Positions 47,772-55,541 of a stretch of DNA of 55,541 nucleotides are shown piece by piece. Position numbers and translations under genes: made by a program. Source of the stretch: an uncultured Gammaproteobacteria bacterium. Lineage in GTDB: Bacteria; Patescibacteriota; Patescibacteriia; Magasanikbacterales; UBA922. Position 1 is the first letter of the stretch, and every line of letters begins with the position of its first letter. The stretch spans positions 1-55,541 of the forward strand of contig CAZFUL010000003.1 in assembly GCA_964522435.1 (NCBI GenBank), written 5' to 3'. The notes below the pieces were generated by a model. The model was given only the letters and a program-made list of their open reading frames with translations. It ran no database searches and had not been told where the DNA came from.

Positions 47772-48392
47772 TTATTGTTGACATTGAGCAAGACAGGTTT
47801 CTACTCGTTCAAGACCTACCCTAAATTCATAATCAGTGCCGTCGCAAAAATCATCTCCAACATCACAACGGGTTCCTTGTGTTTGACAATCTTGCATCGA
47901 GGTAACCCGACATGCCCAGCCAGCATTTACGCGATCGAGACAACAACCGAGGCGACTTCCATCTTGTCCTCCCGGAAGATCATTTCCCGATGCAGTCCCT
48001 TCAATGGTTGGTTGAAGTCGCGTGAGTAAAAACGAGGTAATGGCATAAGCAAATAATATCACGGCTAAACCAGCAAGCGCTGTGAAAAGCGTATTTCTAG
48101 CTTTGTTTACTTGATCATCATTTCCTCGAGCACTCATCCATAGTATACCAGCATATACGGTGAGACCCAAAAATAAGAGACCAACTAATCCCAACACTCG
48201 TTTGATGAGTTGGCCAGAAGAGTCACTAAGATTTTTTTGAGAAAGTCCAGTTTTTTGCGGATCAGACACTTGTTGTAAGAGTTGATCCGCATTATTAATG
48301 GTTAAATTTCCTTGTGCAAATACAGAAGCGGTACCAAAGAAAAGTACGGTACAACTAAGGATGGTTATGAGAAAAAATCTTCGTATATGCAT
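47772..48392 (-). CDS. VirB2/TrbC-like pilin paralogue 5
   Basis: YAGILWMSARGNDDQVNKAR...GLAVILFAYAIT; 8-Cys tail. Confidence 0.84.
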   Translation of the reverse strand: MHIRRFFLITILSCTVLFFGTASVFAQGNLTINNADQLLQQVSDPQKTGLSQKNLSDSSGQLIKRVLGLVGLLFLGLTVYAGILWMSARGNDDQVNKARNTLFTALAGLAVILFAYAITSFLLTRLQPTIEGTASGNDLPGGQDGSRLGCCLDRVNAGWACRVTSMQDCQTQGTRCDVGDDFCDGTDYEFRVGLERVETCLAQCQQ

Positions 48393-48404
48393 AAAAACAC
48401 GCTA

Positions 48405-48794
48405 TTAGGTATTTGGTTGGCCGGCTTGAGGAGGTTCAGCGCTTGTAAATATAAAGTTCGTAATCGCGTACGATCCAAGAACCACAATAAGACCAATAAT
48501 TGCCGCAATAATAGTTTCTTTTGCTTTATTTACCACACTATCCTCTCCACGGGCAGTCATCCATAAAAAGCCACCATAGACCATAAGAATGAAAAAAATA
48601 ACCCCAATCATAGAAAGAGCTGCCCCAATAAGCGTTCCAATAAGATCAGGCACCGAGCGATTATATTTTTGAGATAGACCCGCTGCTTTTGCGGTTGCAT
48701 CTGTACCAAAACTATCAGCGAATACGGGTTGAGATAGTGATAGAGCTCCAATAAATAAGGCGATACAGAGTAGGGGAAAAAAATATTTTTTCAT
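48405..48794 (-). CDS. VirB2/TrbC-like pilin paralogue 6
   Basis: YGGFLWMTARGEDSVVNKAK...GLIVVLGSYAIT. Confidence 0.84.
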   Translation of the reverse strand: MKKYFFPLLCIALFIGALSLSQPVFADSFGTDATAKAAGLSQKYNRSVPDLIGTLIGAALSMIGVIFFILMVYGGFLWMTARGEDSVVNKAKETIIAAIIGLIVVLGSYAITNFIFTSAEPPQAGQPNT

Positions 48795-48837
48795 AACAAT
48801 ACATTAAATGATCAAATAGGCATGCAAGAGCACCGCT

Positions 48838-49275
48838 TTATGTTGATGTAGGAGAAGGCTGTGGTGCGGGGCTACTTTCCAATGATTGAAAAACGAATTG
48901 GGTCATAGCATAGGCTGCTAATACAATCACTAAGCCAATGGATGCTGCCACAAGGGTATCTTTTGCTTTTTTTGTATACTCTTCTTTTCCATGTGCGAGC
49001 ATCCAGGTGAAGCCAGCATAAATGGTAAGAAGTAAAAAAATAACCCCTAAAAAAGCCAGGGCAACCCCCACAATAGTCCCGAGCAATTCTGGAACAGAAG
49101 AAGAAACACTGTTTTTTAAGGTATTATTTCCTACCTTGGATGCTCCTGCAATGTCACTTAATCCAAGGTCAGCTGAAATAGTTGGGCCACTTGTCAATAC
49201 CGGAGTGGTAAACAGAACGACTCCCAAAAAAAGAGGAAGAAGTAACAAACATAGATTGTTTACCACTCGACGCAT
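48838..49275 (-). CDS. VirB2/TrbC-like pilin paralogue 7
   Basis: YAGFTWMLAHGKEEYTKKAK...GLVIVLAAYAMT; start moved to 49275 to avoid overlap. Confidence 0.8.
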   Translation of the reverse strand: MRRVVNNLCLLLLPLFLGVVLFTTPVLTSGPTISADLGLSDIAGASKVGNNTLKNSVSSSVPELLGTIVGVALAFLGVIFLLLTIYAGFTWMLAHGKEEYTKKAKDTLVAASIGLVIVLAAYAMTQFVFQSLESSPAPQPSPTST

Positions 49276-49288
49276 AGACAGGTAGAAT

Positions 49289-49687
49289 TTATTGCGGTGC
49301 ATCTTGATAGTCTCCCGTGGTTGCTTCGTATGCTTGGCGGGTGACGTAGGTTGTAATTGAGTAGGCACTTAAGATAATGATAAGACCAATAACTGAGGAA
49401 ATAATAATACTTTTTGCTTTACCGATTTGATCATCATTCCCTGCCGCTGTTGTCCATAAGATACCAGCGTAGACAATGAGCGCGACCATAATGGTTCCTA
49501 AAAGAGGAAGGAGACCTTTATTAATAATGGTGGCAACGGTAACACGAACATCTTGATCTTTTAGGCCGGTGGCTCTTCCTGGAGCAAGTCCAAGAGGGTC
49601 TTGTTGCGCACTAGCCAATTCTGGCGTGTACAATACGACTCCTGTAAGCAAGAGGAGCATTGCACCTACGATGACACGTTTTCTCAT
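49289..49687 (-). CDS. VirB2/TrbC-like pilin paralogue 8
   Basis: YAGILWTTAAGNDDQIGKAK...GLIIILSAYSIT. Confidence 0.84.
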   Translation of the reverse strand: MRKRVIVGAMLLLLTGVVLYTPELASAQQDPLGLAPGRATGLKDQDVRVTVATIINKGLLPLLGTIMVALIVYAGILWTTAAGNDDQIGKAKSIIISSVIGLIIILSAYSITTYVTRQAYEATTGDYQDAPQ

Positions 49688-49798
49688 AGCGTGAAAATAG
49701 ATTAAAAATATGTTTTAAAAAGTTTTCGCAACAGTGGCGTGTTACGAACACTTCTTAAAAGGGGAGAACTCTACCCCTTAATTAAGAGGGGCTTATCA

Positions 49799-50254
49799 TT
49801 AAAAATCTATTTGATCAGCACCATCTACGTTTGTTGCTTGCCCGATTTTGACTAAAGCAAATTTTGCTAAAGACCATGAGGCGAGAACAATTACTAACCC
49901 GATAATACCAGCAATAATAATTTTTTTTGCTTGGGCAACGGCATCGTCATTACCACCGGCGGTCATCCAACGGAAACCACCCCATAGCATAATGACAACA
50001 GAAATAATCGCTAAAAAGCCAATAATGACATTAATAACTTCAGCAATAGTAACAATCGGAGATTGTGTTCCAAGAGCCGTGTTATCTTCAAATTCATTAA
50101 TTCCTTCTTGGATAGGACTGACGTTCGCATTATTGCCACGACCAGCACCTGCTTGTGCAGAGGCAGATTGAACAAAGAAAACCATGCTCAAAAAGAGGGC
50201 CATAGCCATGAGAACTGCTGTTTTATTTTTTGTAAGTACTTGTGTTGTATTCAT
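49799..50254 (-). CDS. VirB2/TrbC-like pilin paralogue 9 (candidate major subunit)
   Basis: WGGFRWMTAGGNDDAVAQAK...GLVIVLASWSLA; strong SD AAGGGGGTGA before ATG 50254. Confidence 0.84.
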   Translation of the reverse strand: MNTTQVLTKNKTAVLMAMALFLSMVFFVQSASAQAGAGRGNNANVSPIQEGINEFEDNTALGTQSPIVTIAEVINVIIGFLAIISVVIMLWGGFRWMTAGGNDDAVAQAKKIIIAGIIGLVIVLASWSLAKFALVKIGQATNVDGADQIDF

Positions 50255-50290
50255 GTAGCTCACCCCCTTTCTTGGGAAGGATTAAATAGG

Positions 50291-50869
50291 TTATTTGGGC
50301 TTGCAACACACAATATTTGGTGTTGCACCACAACGATTTACTTTACAGATATTACTTGCCGCATTTCTACACTCTTGCCAGGTTGCGGGTTCAGGAAGTC
50401 CTGCACACTCTTGCACAGGCAGACATTGAAATCCTTCTGCCCCGAAAAGTTCGACACAATCGCTTGCAGGGCCACCACCAGGATTTGGGGTCGTTGTTGC
50501 TGGACCTTCTCCGGAATTATTGCGTAAACCAGTAATAATTGTACTCAGTATAGCATAGGCACTAAAAATTACCAAGAGACCAATTGCCGCATACATCATG
50601 GCATGGCTGCCTTTTTTTACCATATCTTCCCGACCTGCTGAGGTAAGCCAAAGAACGCCACCATAAATAAAGGCAAGTAATGTGAGAGAACCAAGAATAC
50701 CTAAGCCCGAGGTGATTATTTTTCCTAAAATAATGGGAATACTGGTATTTCCAATAGGATTGCTAATCACGATATCAGAAGAAAATTCCTGCGCAGCGGC
50801 AATACTTACTATCGCACAAGAAAGGCCGATGCTACAAAGAAGAACAAACATGTATCTATAATAGTGCAT
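50291..50869 (-). CDS. VirB2/TrbC-like pilin paralogue 10
   Basis: YGGVLWLTSAGREDMVKKG...GLLVIFSAYAI; 8-Cys tail ending CCKPK. Confidence 0.82.
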   Translation of the reverse strand: MHYYRYMFVLLCSIGLSCAIVSIAAAQEFSSDIVISNPIGNTSIPIILGKIITSGLGILGSLTLLAFIYGGVLWLTSAGREDMVKKGSHAMMYAAIGLLVIFSAYAILSTIITGLRNNSGEGPATTTPNPGGGPASDCVELFGAEGFQCLPVQECAGLPEPATWQECRNAASNICKVNRCGATPNIVCCKPK

Positions 50870-50876
50870 ACCCAGG

Positions 50877-51500
50877 TTACTGAACAGCGCGGAACGCACT
50901 GCTGACATTTAATGTATCGAGTAAAAAGTCTACGGCAATATAGGCGCTTAAAGAAATAATAACACCTGTTATCGCAGCAATCAAAATTTCTTGCCCTTGT
51001 TTAAATTTTTCTGGGTTACCAAATGAGGCTGTCATGATAATACCCCCATAAATAAACATAATAAAGGCAACGGATCCAATAAGAGAAAAAATAAATTTGC
51101 CAACATTAATGGCTAATTCAATGAGGCTATTTATATCTCGACAGCCTGTTTCTGAGAATGCACAGGATGGGATAGGGCCAGCATAATTATCTGGAAGTCC
51201 AGCGCTGTCTTCGCATTGTGTTGCGGTTTCGTTATATATACAACCCGCCACTCCTGGGGTGCTGCACGCCTTTGTGCAAAATGTTGTCGGCGTATCCTGT
51301 CTTCCTACCGCAACGCCTTTTTGTTGAAAAGCAGCTTCTATCCCTGGAATGTTAAATATACCATCTTGTTGTGGATAGATAACACAAAGCGTTTGTTCAT
51401 TTTTTGTAAAACGACATGTTGCGGCCGATGCCTCATGATACGGGATCAATACACCAAAAAACAGAGAAAAAAGAACTGAGGGGAACAACAAATATTTCAT
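50877..51500 (-). CDS. VirB2/TrbC-like pilin paralogue 11 (N-terminal Cys-rich domain)
   Basis: YGGIIMTASFGNPEKFKQGQ...GVIISLSAY at the C-terminus. Confidence 0.8.
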   Translation of the reverse strand: MKYLLFPSVLFSLFFGVLIPYHEASAATCRFTKNEQTLCVIYPQQDGIFNIPGIEAAFQQKGVAVGRQDTPTTFCTKACSTPGVAGCIYNETATQCEDSAGLPDNYAGPIPSCAFSETGCRDINSLIELAINVGKFIFSLIGSVAFIMFIYGGIIMTASFGNPEKFKQGQEILIAAITGVIISLSAYIAVDFLLDTLNVSSAFRAVQ

Positions 51501-51505
51501 ACAGG

Positions 51506-52882
51506 TTATAAGGTTTGTTGAATAGTTTGCGCTGCTCGTTGTAATAGTTCTGTATCTCTTTTTATCGCATCTTCTCCTTCTGGCACCGGAACAAGGTAGG
51601 AATCAATCATCGTTTTAATTGCTTCTGTTGCTACGGCTGCATTTTTACCGCGGTACCAATTTTGTGCGGTGAGCACTTGGGTCGCGAATGGGGAGAGAAG
51701 CGGGCTGTCAATTTGTTCTGCAATGTGCGCCCGTACGGGGGAGGGTTGTTGGACCGCTTCTGTATAGCGTTTAATATTATTTTGACTCGTGATAAAGCGG
51801 ATAAAGTCCCAAGCAATATCTTGATGAGGTGATTTTTTTACCACAGATTGAATCCAATAATTCGCAATATTGATAGGTTGATTTTGATTGAGTTGGGGTA
51901 ATGGGATAATTTCAACATTCATTTGAGGGGCACGCTCTCGAATGCGTGTTGCATCAAAGGCATAGCCAATATAAAACGCACTTTGTCCTCGGGTAAATGC
52001 CTCAAACGCTGTATCTTTTTCTGCGTTCCAACTGTACACATCTTTTGTTGGTTGGGCAAAATCAGTATAAAATCGCAGCACTTCAAAAGAGGGATGATTC
52101 ATACCTAATTGGCGTAAGTTTGCGTCAAGGGTCACTGTGCCATCATTGATAATTGCAATATTTCTTTGCAACAATAGGGTGGCAAAGATGTCGGCGGCAT
52201 TATCAATATTACTGCCTGTTCCAAGGGGAACACCAGATTGAATAATGCGACCATCAGCGCCAAAGGTCGTCGTCTTTTTTACCGCATCTAGAAATTGTTC
52301 CCAACTCTCTGGAGGGGTAGCAACACCGGCTCTGTCCAAAATGTCTTTATTATAATATACCGCGAGGGTATCAATAGAAAGAGGAATACCGTAGACATCC
52401 CCATCAATAATTACATCGTCTGCAACGGTTTGTACAAAATTTGTTTCAATCGCTCGTGGGGTGGGCATGGCAAAATTTTGTAGGGTCACCACGGTTTCTT
52501 TTCTATAATTTCCTTGGATAGATACGTCAGCGACTTGTACTTGGGCAGGCATTGGGGCAAGCCGAGGTTGATACTTTCTCATCCAATGCGCATGGACAGA
52601 AACAAGATCTGGACTCACATCATCTGCAAGGGCATTGGTAAACAGGGTATCAAATTCCTCGTAACGAATTTGTCGAATCGTAATGTTTACATAGGGACGA
52701 AGGGCAGTATATTCTTTGGCAAACTCCCGTAGCAGGGTAACGTCGTCAAATACCGTCCAGTACTCGAGGGTCACGGGGCGAATCGCTGCTTGTTGTTCTG
52801 ACGTCAGTCCTTTACAGCCTAAGCCTAAAAATATCCATATGATACAGATAAGGCTGATACGAAAAAAGGAAAAACGATTCAT
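51506..52882 (-). CDS. extracellular solute-binding lipoprotein (carbohydrate-type family)
   Basis: Lipobox FLGLG-C, VTLEYW, DDVSPDLV, YGIPLSIDTLAVYYNKDIL, PESWEQF, AWDFIRFI. Confidence 0.88.
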   Translation of the reverse strand: MNRFSFFRISLICIIWIFLGLGCKGLTSEQQAAIRPVTLEYWTVFDDVTLLREFAKEYTALRPYVNITIRQIRYEEFDTLFTNALADDVSPDLVSVHAHWMRKYQPRLAPMPAQVQVADVSIQGNYRKETVVTLQNFAMPTPRAIETNFVQTVADDVIIDGDVYGIPLSIDTLAVYYNKDILDRAGVATPPESWEQFLDAVKKTTTFGADGRIIQSGVPLGTGSNIDNAADIFATLLLQRNIAIINDGTVTLDANLRQLGMNHPSFEVLRFYTDFAQPTKDVYSWNAEKDTAFEAFTRGQSAFYIGYAFDATRIRERAPQMNVEIIPLPQLNQNQPINIANYWIQSVVKKSPHQDIAWDFIRFITSQNNIKRYTEAVQQPSPVRAHIAEQIDSPLLSPFATQVLTAQNWYRGKNAAVATEAIKTMIDSYLVPVPEGEDAIKRDTELLQRAAQTIQQTL

Positions 52883-52903
52883 ACAAGAACAGGCTTAAAA
52901 CGA

Positions 52904-53764
52904 TTAAAGTATTTGATTAAAGATAAATTGAACAACGGCGTAACTGCTTAAAATAATAATAACGCCCATCCCTCCCCAGAGCATTGTTTTCATCGCTTGT
53001 TGTTCTTTTGAGGAATTTCCTGCCGCAGTCATCCATAAAAATCCTGCATAGATCAATATAAGTAAGGCAATACTTCCAATAATTCCCATCACAATACGAA
53101 TACCCACACCAATGAGTTCTGGAATTGATTTTACGGATAATAGGTTTAACTCTTTTATTTGGTTTTCAAGACCATTTGTATCAATTTCTGGAATCGTGGG
53201 GTTTGTCGGTATTGTTGGAGATGCTGCTAATCGTGCCGAACAAGAAAGAATTGCTATTCTATAATAGCCATTAACTACAAGGGGAACGCCTGGTTCTCGT
53301 TCTATTCCTCTGATGGTGGTGTTTGGTATGCGCTGATACCCTACGCTGGCTCCTGTTTGTGGAAGGGCGGTACAGTCATTTTCTTCACGGAGTTCAAAGG
53401 GAGTTGGTTCTGGTGCTCCATTAGAAATTGGTGCTGGAAAAAAAGGGGGGCCTCCACCAAGAAGCCCTTGAATTGTAGCGGTAAGTTCTGAAGCAGAAAT
53501 GACATCAGATATCGTATATTGTTTTGTTGCATTAAAGGGCATTGACTTTGTCATTGGGTGAGTTGCATCGACCAAGGCATCAAATTCCTCTGCTGTTCGA
53601 GGGTAGTTTCTATTATTGAATGTTCGATAATCCCTGAACCCCGCTACTTGTAATTGACAAATACACGTCCCTGTCACGCTTGTTTCTGTTTGTGCAACGG
53701 CAATCGGAGTAATGCTAAAAAAAACAATAACAGAAGTAAGAAGTGACAGGGAGAATAGTTTCAT
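52904..53764 (-). CDS. VirB2/TrbC-like pilin paralogue 12 (large N-terminal extracellular domain)
   Basis: C-terminal YAGFLWMTAAGNSSKEQQAM...GVIIILSSYAVV; about 170-aa N-terminal domain with 4 Cys. Confidence 0.8.
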   Translation of the reverse strand: MKLFSLSLLTSVIVFFSITPIAVAQTETSVTGTCICQLQVAGFRDYRTFNNRNYPRTAEEFDALVDATHPMTKSMPFNATKQYTISDVISASELTATIQGLLGGGPPFFPAPISNGAPEPTPFELREENDCTALPQTGASVGYQRIPNTTIRGIEREPGVPLVVNGYYRIAILSCSARLAASPTIPTNPTIPEIDTNGLENQIKELNLLSVKSIPELIGVGIRIVMGIIGSIALLILIYAGFLWMTAAGNSSKEQQAMKTMLWGGMGVIIILSSYAVVQFIFNQIL

Positions 53765-53769
53765 AGTAA

Positions 53770-54618
53770 TTAGAGGACGAGACCTTCTTTTTTAGCAAAA
53801 TGAATGGTTGCTTGGAGTAAGGCGAGTTTATTACCTGTATCAAAATACTGTCCTTTATATTCGTAGGCAAAAAACGGTTTTTTCTTCGCTAAATAGTTTG
53901 CGGCGTCAGCTACCCAAATTTCTCCATCTTTTCCTTTTTGTTGTTTTTCGAGTGCGGACCAAATATCTTTGGTAAAAATATAGCGCATGCCTCCCACAAT
54001 TAAACCTTGAGGAGAGACTTTTTGTAGGGCAGGCTTTTCTACAAGGGTATCTACCCGGTATAAGCGGTCAGCCACCTGAGATTTGGCATAGACATTGCCG
54101 TATTTTGTCATGGCTTCTTTATCTTCAATTCGCTGTACTCCAATAATAGGTCCTTGTTTCTTATTAAACGCAGAAATAAGCTGTTTAGTAACAGGTGTAC
54201 TTGCGTCAATAATGCTATCTCCATCTGAGAAGGCAAAGGGGTCGTCTCCAATAAATTCTTTTGCACAAAGCAGGGCATGCCCATTTCCGAGGGGCTCTGA
54301 TTGCCGCGTATAAAAAAAGCGTACTTTTTTGGTTAAATCAATGAGCGGTTGTAAGCGATCTAATTTTCCTTGTTCTTTTAAAAAGTTTTCTAAGTCTTTA
54401 TCTCTATCAAAATGATCTTCTATTGCTCTTTTTTGTTGACTAGTAACAAAAATAATTTCTTTAATACCGCTATGCACCATTTCTTCTACAATATATTGCA
54501 CCACCGGTTTATCTAATACCGGTAACATTTCTTTGGGCATGGCTTTTGTTGCAGGTAAAAAGCGAGTCCCTACTCCAGCAACAACAATAACTCCTTTATG
54601 AACCGTTCGTGAAGGCAT
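53770..54618 (-). CDS. galU: UTP--glucose-1-phosphate uridylyltransferase
   Basis: VAGVGTRFLPATKAMPKEMLPVLDKP, QSEPLGNGHALLCA, VEKP, FDTGNK. Confidence 0.92.
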   Translation of the reverse strand: MPSRTVHKGVIVVAGVGTRFLPATKAMPKEMLPVLDKPVVQYIVEEMVHSGIKEIIFVTSQQKRAIEDHFDRDKDLENFLKEQGKLDRLQPLIDLTKKVRFFYTRQSEPLGNGHALLCAKEFIGDDPFAFSDGDSIIDASTPVTKQLISAFNKKQGPIIGVQRIEDKEAMTKYGNVYAKSQVADRLYRVDTLVEKPALQKVSPQGLIVGGMRYIFTKDIWSALEKQQKGKDGEIWVADAANYLAKKKPFFAYEYKGQYFDTGNKLALLQATIHFAKKEGLVL

Positions 54619-54708
54619 ATAAAAAATGTCAAAATATATAGGGATAGTATAACAGAAAACACTGTTGGTTCATAGTGATTCGTATTTTGTTATGGTATGC
54701 ACGCAGCG

Positions 54709-55541
54709 TTATATCTCTATTTCTTCCCAACTAATGAGTTCGTAGGTTTCTTTTGTTGGGAATCCTGGGGGAACATAATATAACAGGTTGCCATCATAAA
54801 TATGATTGGTGGTAATAAATCCTGAAACAGGAGGGGTTCCCCATTTCCAGCCGCCACCAGAAAATGATATTTGTGATCCAAAAAAGGTCAAACTTTCTTG
54901 TAAGCTGTTTTGGTAATTAGAACGATACAGGGGGCGATAAATTTGGCCATACTGAGCAAGCGCTGCTGCATGAATGGTCATATGTTCAGGCACTTGGAGG
55001 GGTACAATAATATCGCTTTGGGCAATAAGACCCAGAACATCGTCGCCGCCAAGTGTTGCATAGGTAATATTTCCGCTGATATAGATATCACGATAATTGG
55101 CGGGATTTTCTGGAAAACGTGCCGCAACTACGGTGACCCGTCCATTCACTACGCCATTTACCCAAACGTCATCTTCAAAAAACATTGCACCATTTTCGGG
55201 GATAGGATAATTTCCTTCTAAGACGGTTCCGCCTAGGTCGTACCATTGTTGTACGCACGCGCCGCTCCATTGACAGTAGGGAACGCGAGAGGTTACTCGA
55301 TACAGGTTAAAGGTCCCATTTGCCAAAAATTCTACGCGCCAGCCCTGGACGCCAGACGCGGGGCGGTAAAATCCTTCCGGCTCTTGTGACAGTTCTTGTA
55401 ATAATGAGACGTCTGCAGAAACACTGTTAAAATCTATGGGAGGAACAGGAAATTCCCAAAATCCTTGAGGACCGCCAGTTCCCCACACCCCATTTTGAAC
55501 GCCACTTGTTCCCGTATCATACGTTTCTCGTGCACTTTGTA
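54709..55541 (-). CDS. C-terminal part of a hypothetical, probably PilX/pilus-associated protein (truncated by window edge)
   Basis: Frame open to 55541; MFFEDDVWVNGVVNGRVTV, IYISGNITY, LGLIAQSDI, IHAAAL.Q.G, Y.YDGNLLY..PPGFP beta-rich pattern. Confidence 0.6.
   Translation of the reverse strand, partial: QSARETYDTGTSGVQNGVWGTGGPQGFWEFPVPPIDFNSVSADVSLLQELSQEPEGFYRPASGVQGWRVEFLANGTFNLYRVTSRVPYCQWSGACVQQWYDLGGTVLEGNYPIPENGAMFFEDDVWVNGVVNGRVTVVAARFPENPANYRDIYISGNITYATLGGDDVLGLIAQSDIIVPLQVPEHMTIHAAALAQYGQIYRPLYRSNYQNSLQESLTFFGSQISFSGGGWKWGTPPVSGFITTNHIYDGNLLYYVPPGFPTKETYELISWEEIEI

Overview
Chromosomal window around the replication origin of a Patescibacteria/CPR bacterium. The assignment to Parcubacteria, possibly Ca. 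Magasanikbacteria, is inferred from gene content; the genetic code is standard code 11 and the background is AT-rich. Left to right it holds: tRNA-Arg(UCU); a type IV pilus assembly operon (pilB-pilC-pilM-N-O-orf) ending in a SAM methyltransferase; an oxidative-stress trio (SOD, AhpC, VIT1); ychF; a 1097-aa fibre-like surface protein with LVIVD repeats and a tailspike-type autocleaving chaperone; polA; tRNA-Cys; a 3D-domain protein; PBP1A; dnaN-oriC-dnaA; rpmH-rnpA-yidD; several GC-rich solo orphan genes; tig; a LysM/M23 peptidase; yifB/comM; lspA; a DksA-like gene; a ~480-nt ORF-poor structured transcription unit; DoxX; holA; rpsT; rmuC; tRNA-Arg(CCU); two parS sites; TrmB; SPFH; tRNA-His; a 1647-aa beta-propeller/Calx-beta adhesin; and a UgtP-like glycosyltransferase. 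The right end carries a tandem array of 12 VirB2/TrbC-like pilin paralogues with Cys-rich variable appendages and an embedded orphan solute-binding lipoprotein, followed by galU and a truncated pilus-associated gene. The best candidates for undescribed biology are the pilin array with its solute-binding protein, the GC-rich solo cassettes with structured UTRs, the structured RNA at 32.6-33.1 kb, and the fibre protein. No CRISPR array, rRNA, transposase or integrase was seen. All family calls are by motif recognition, not database search.
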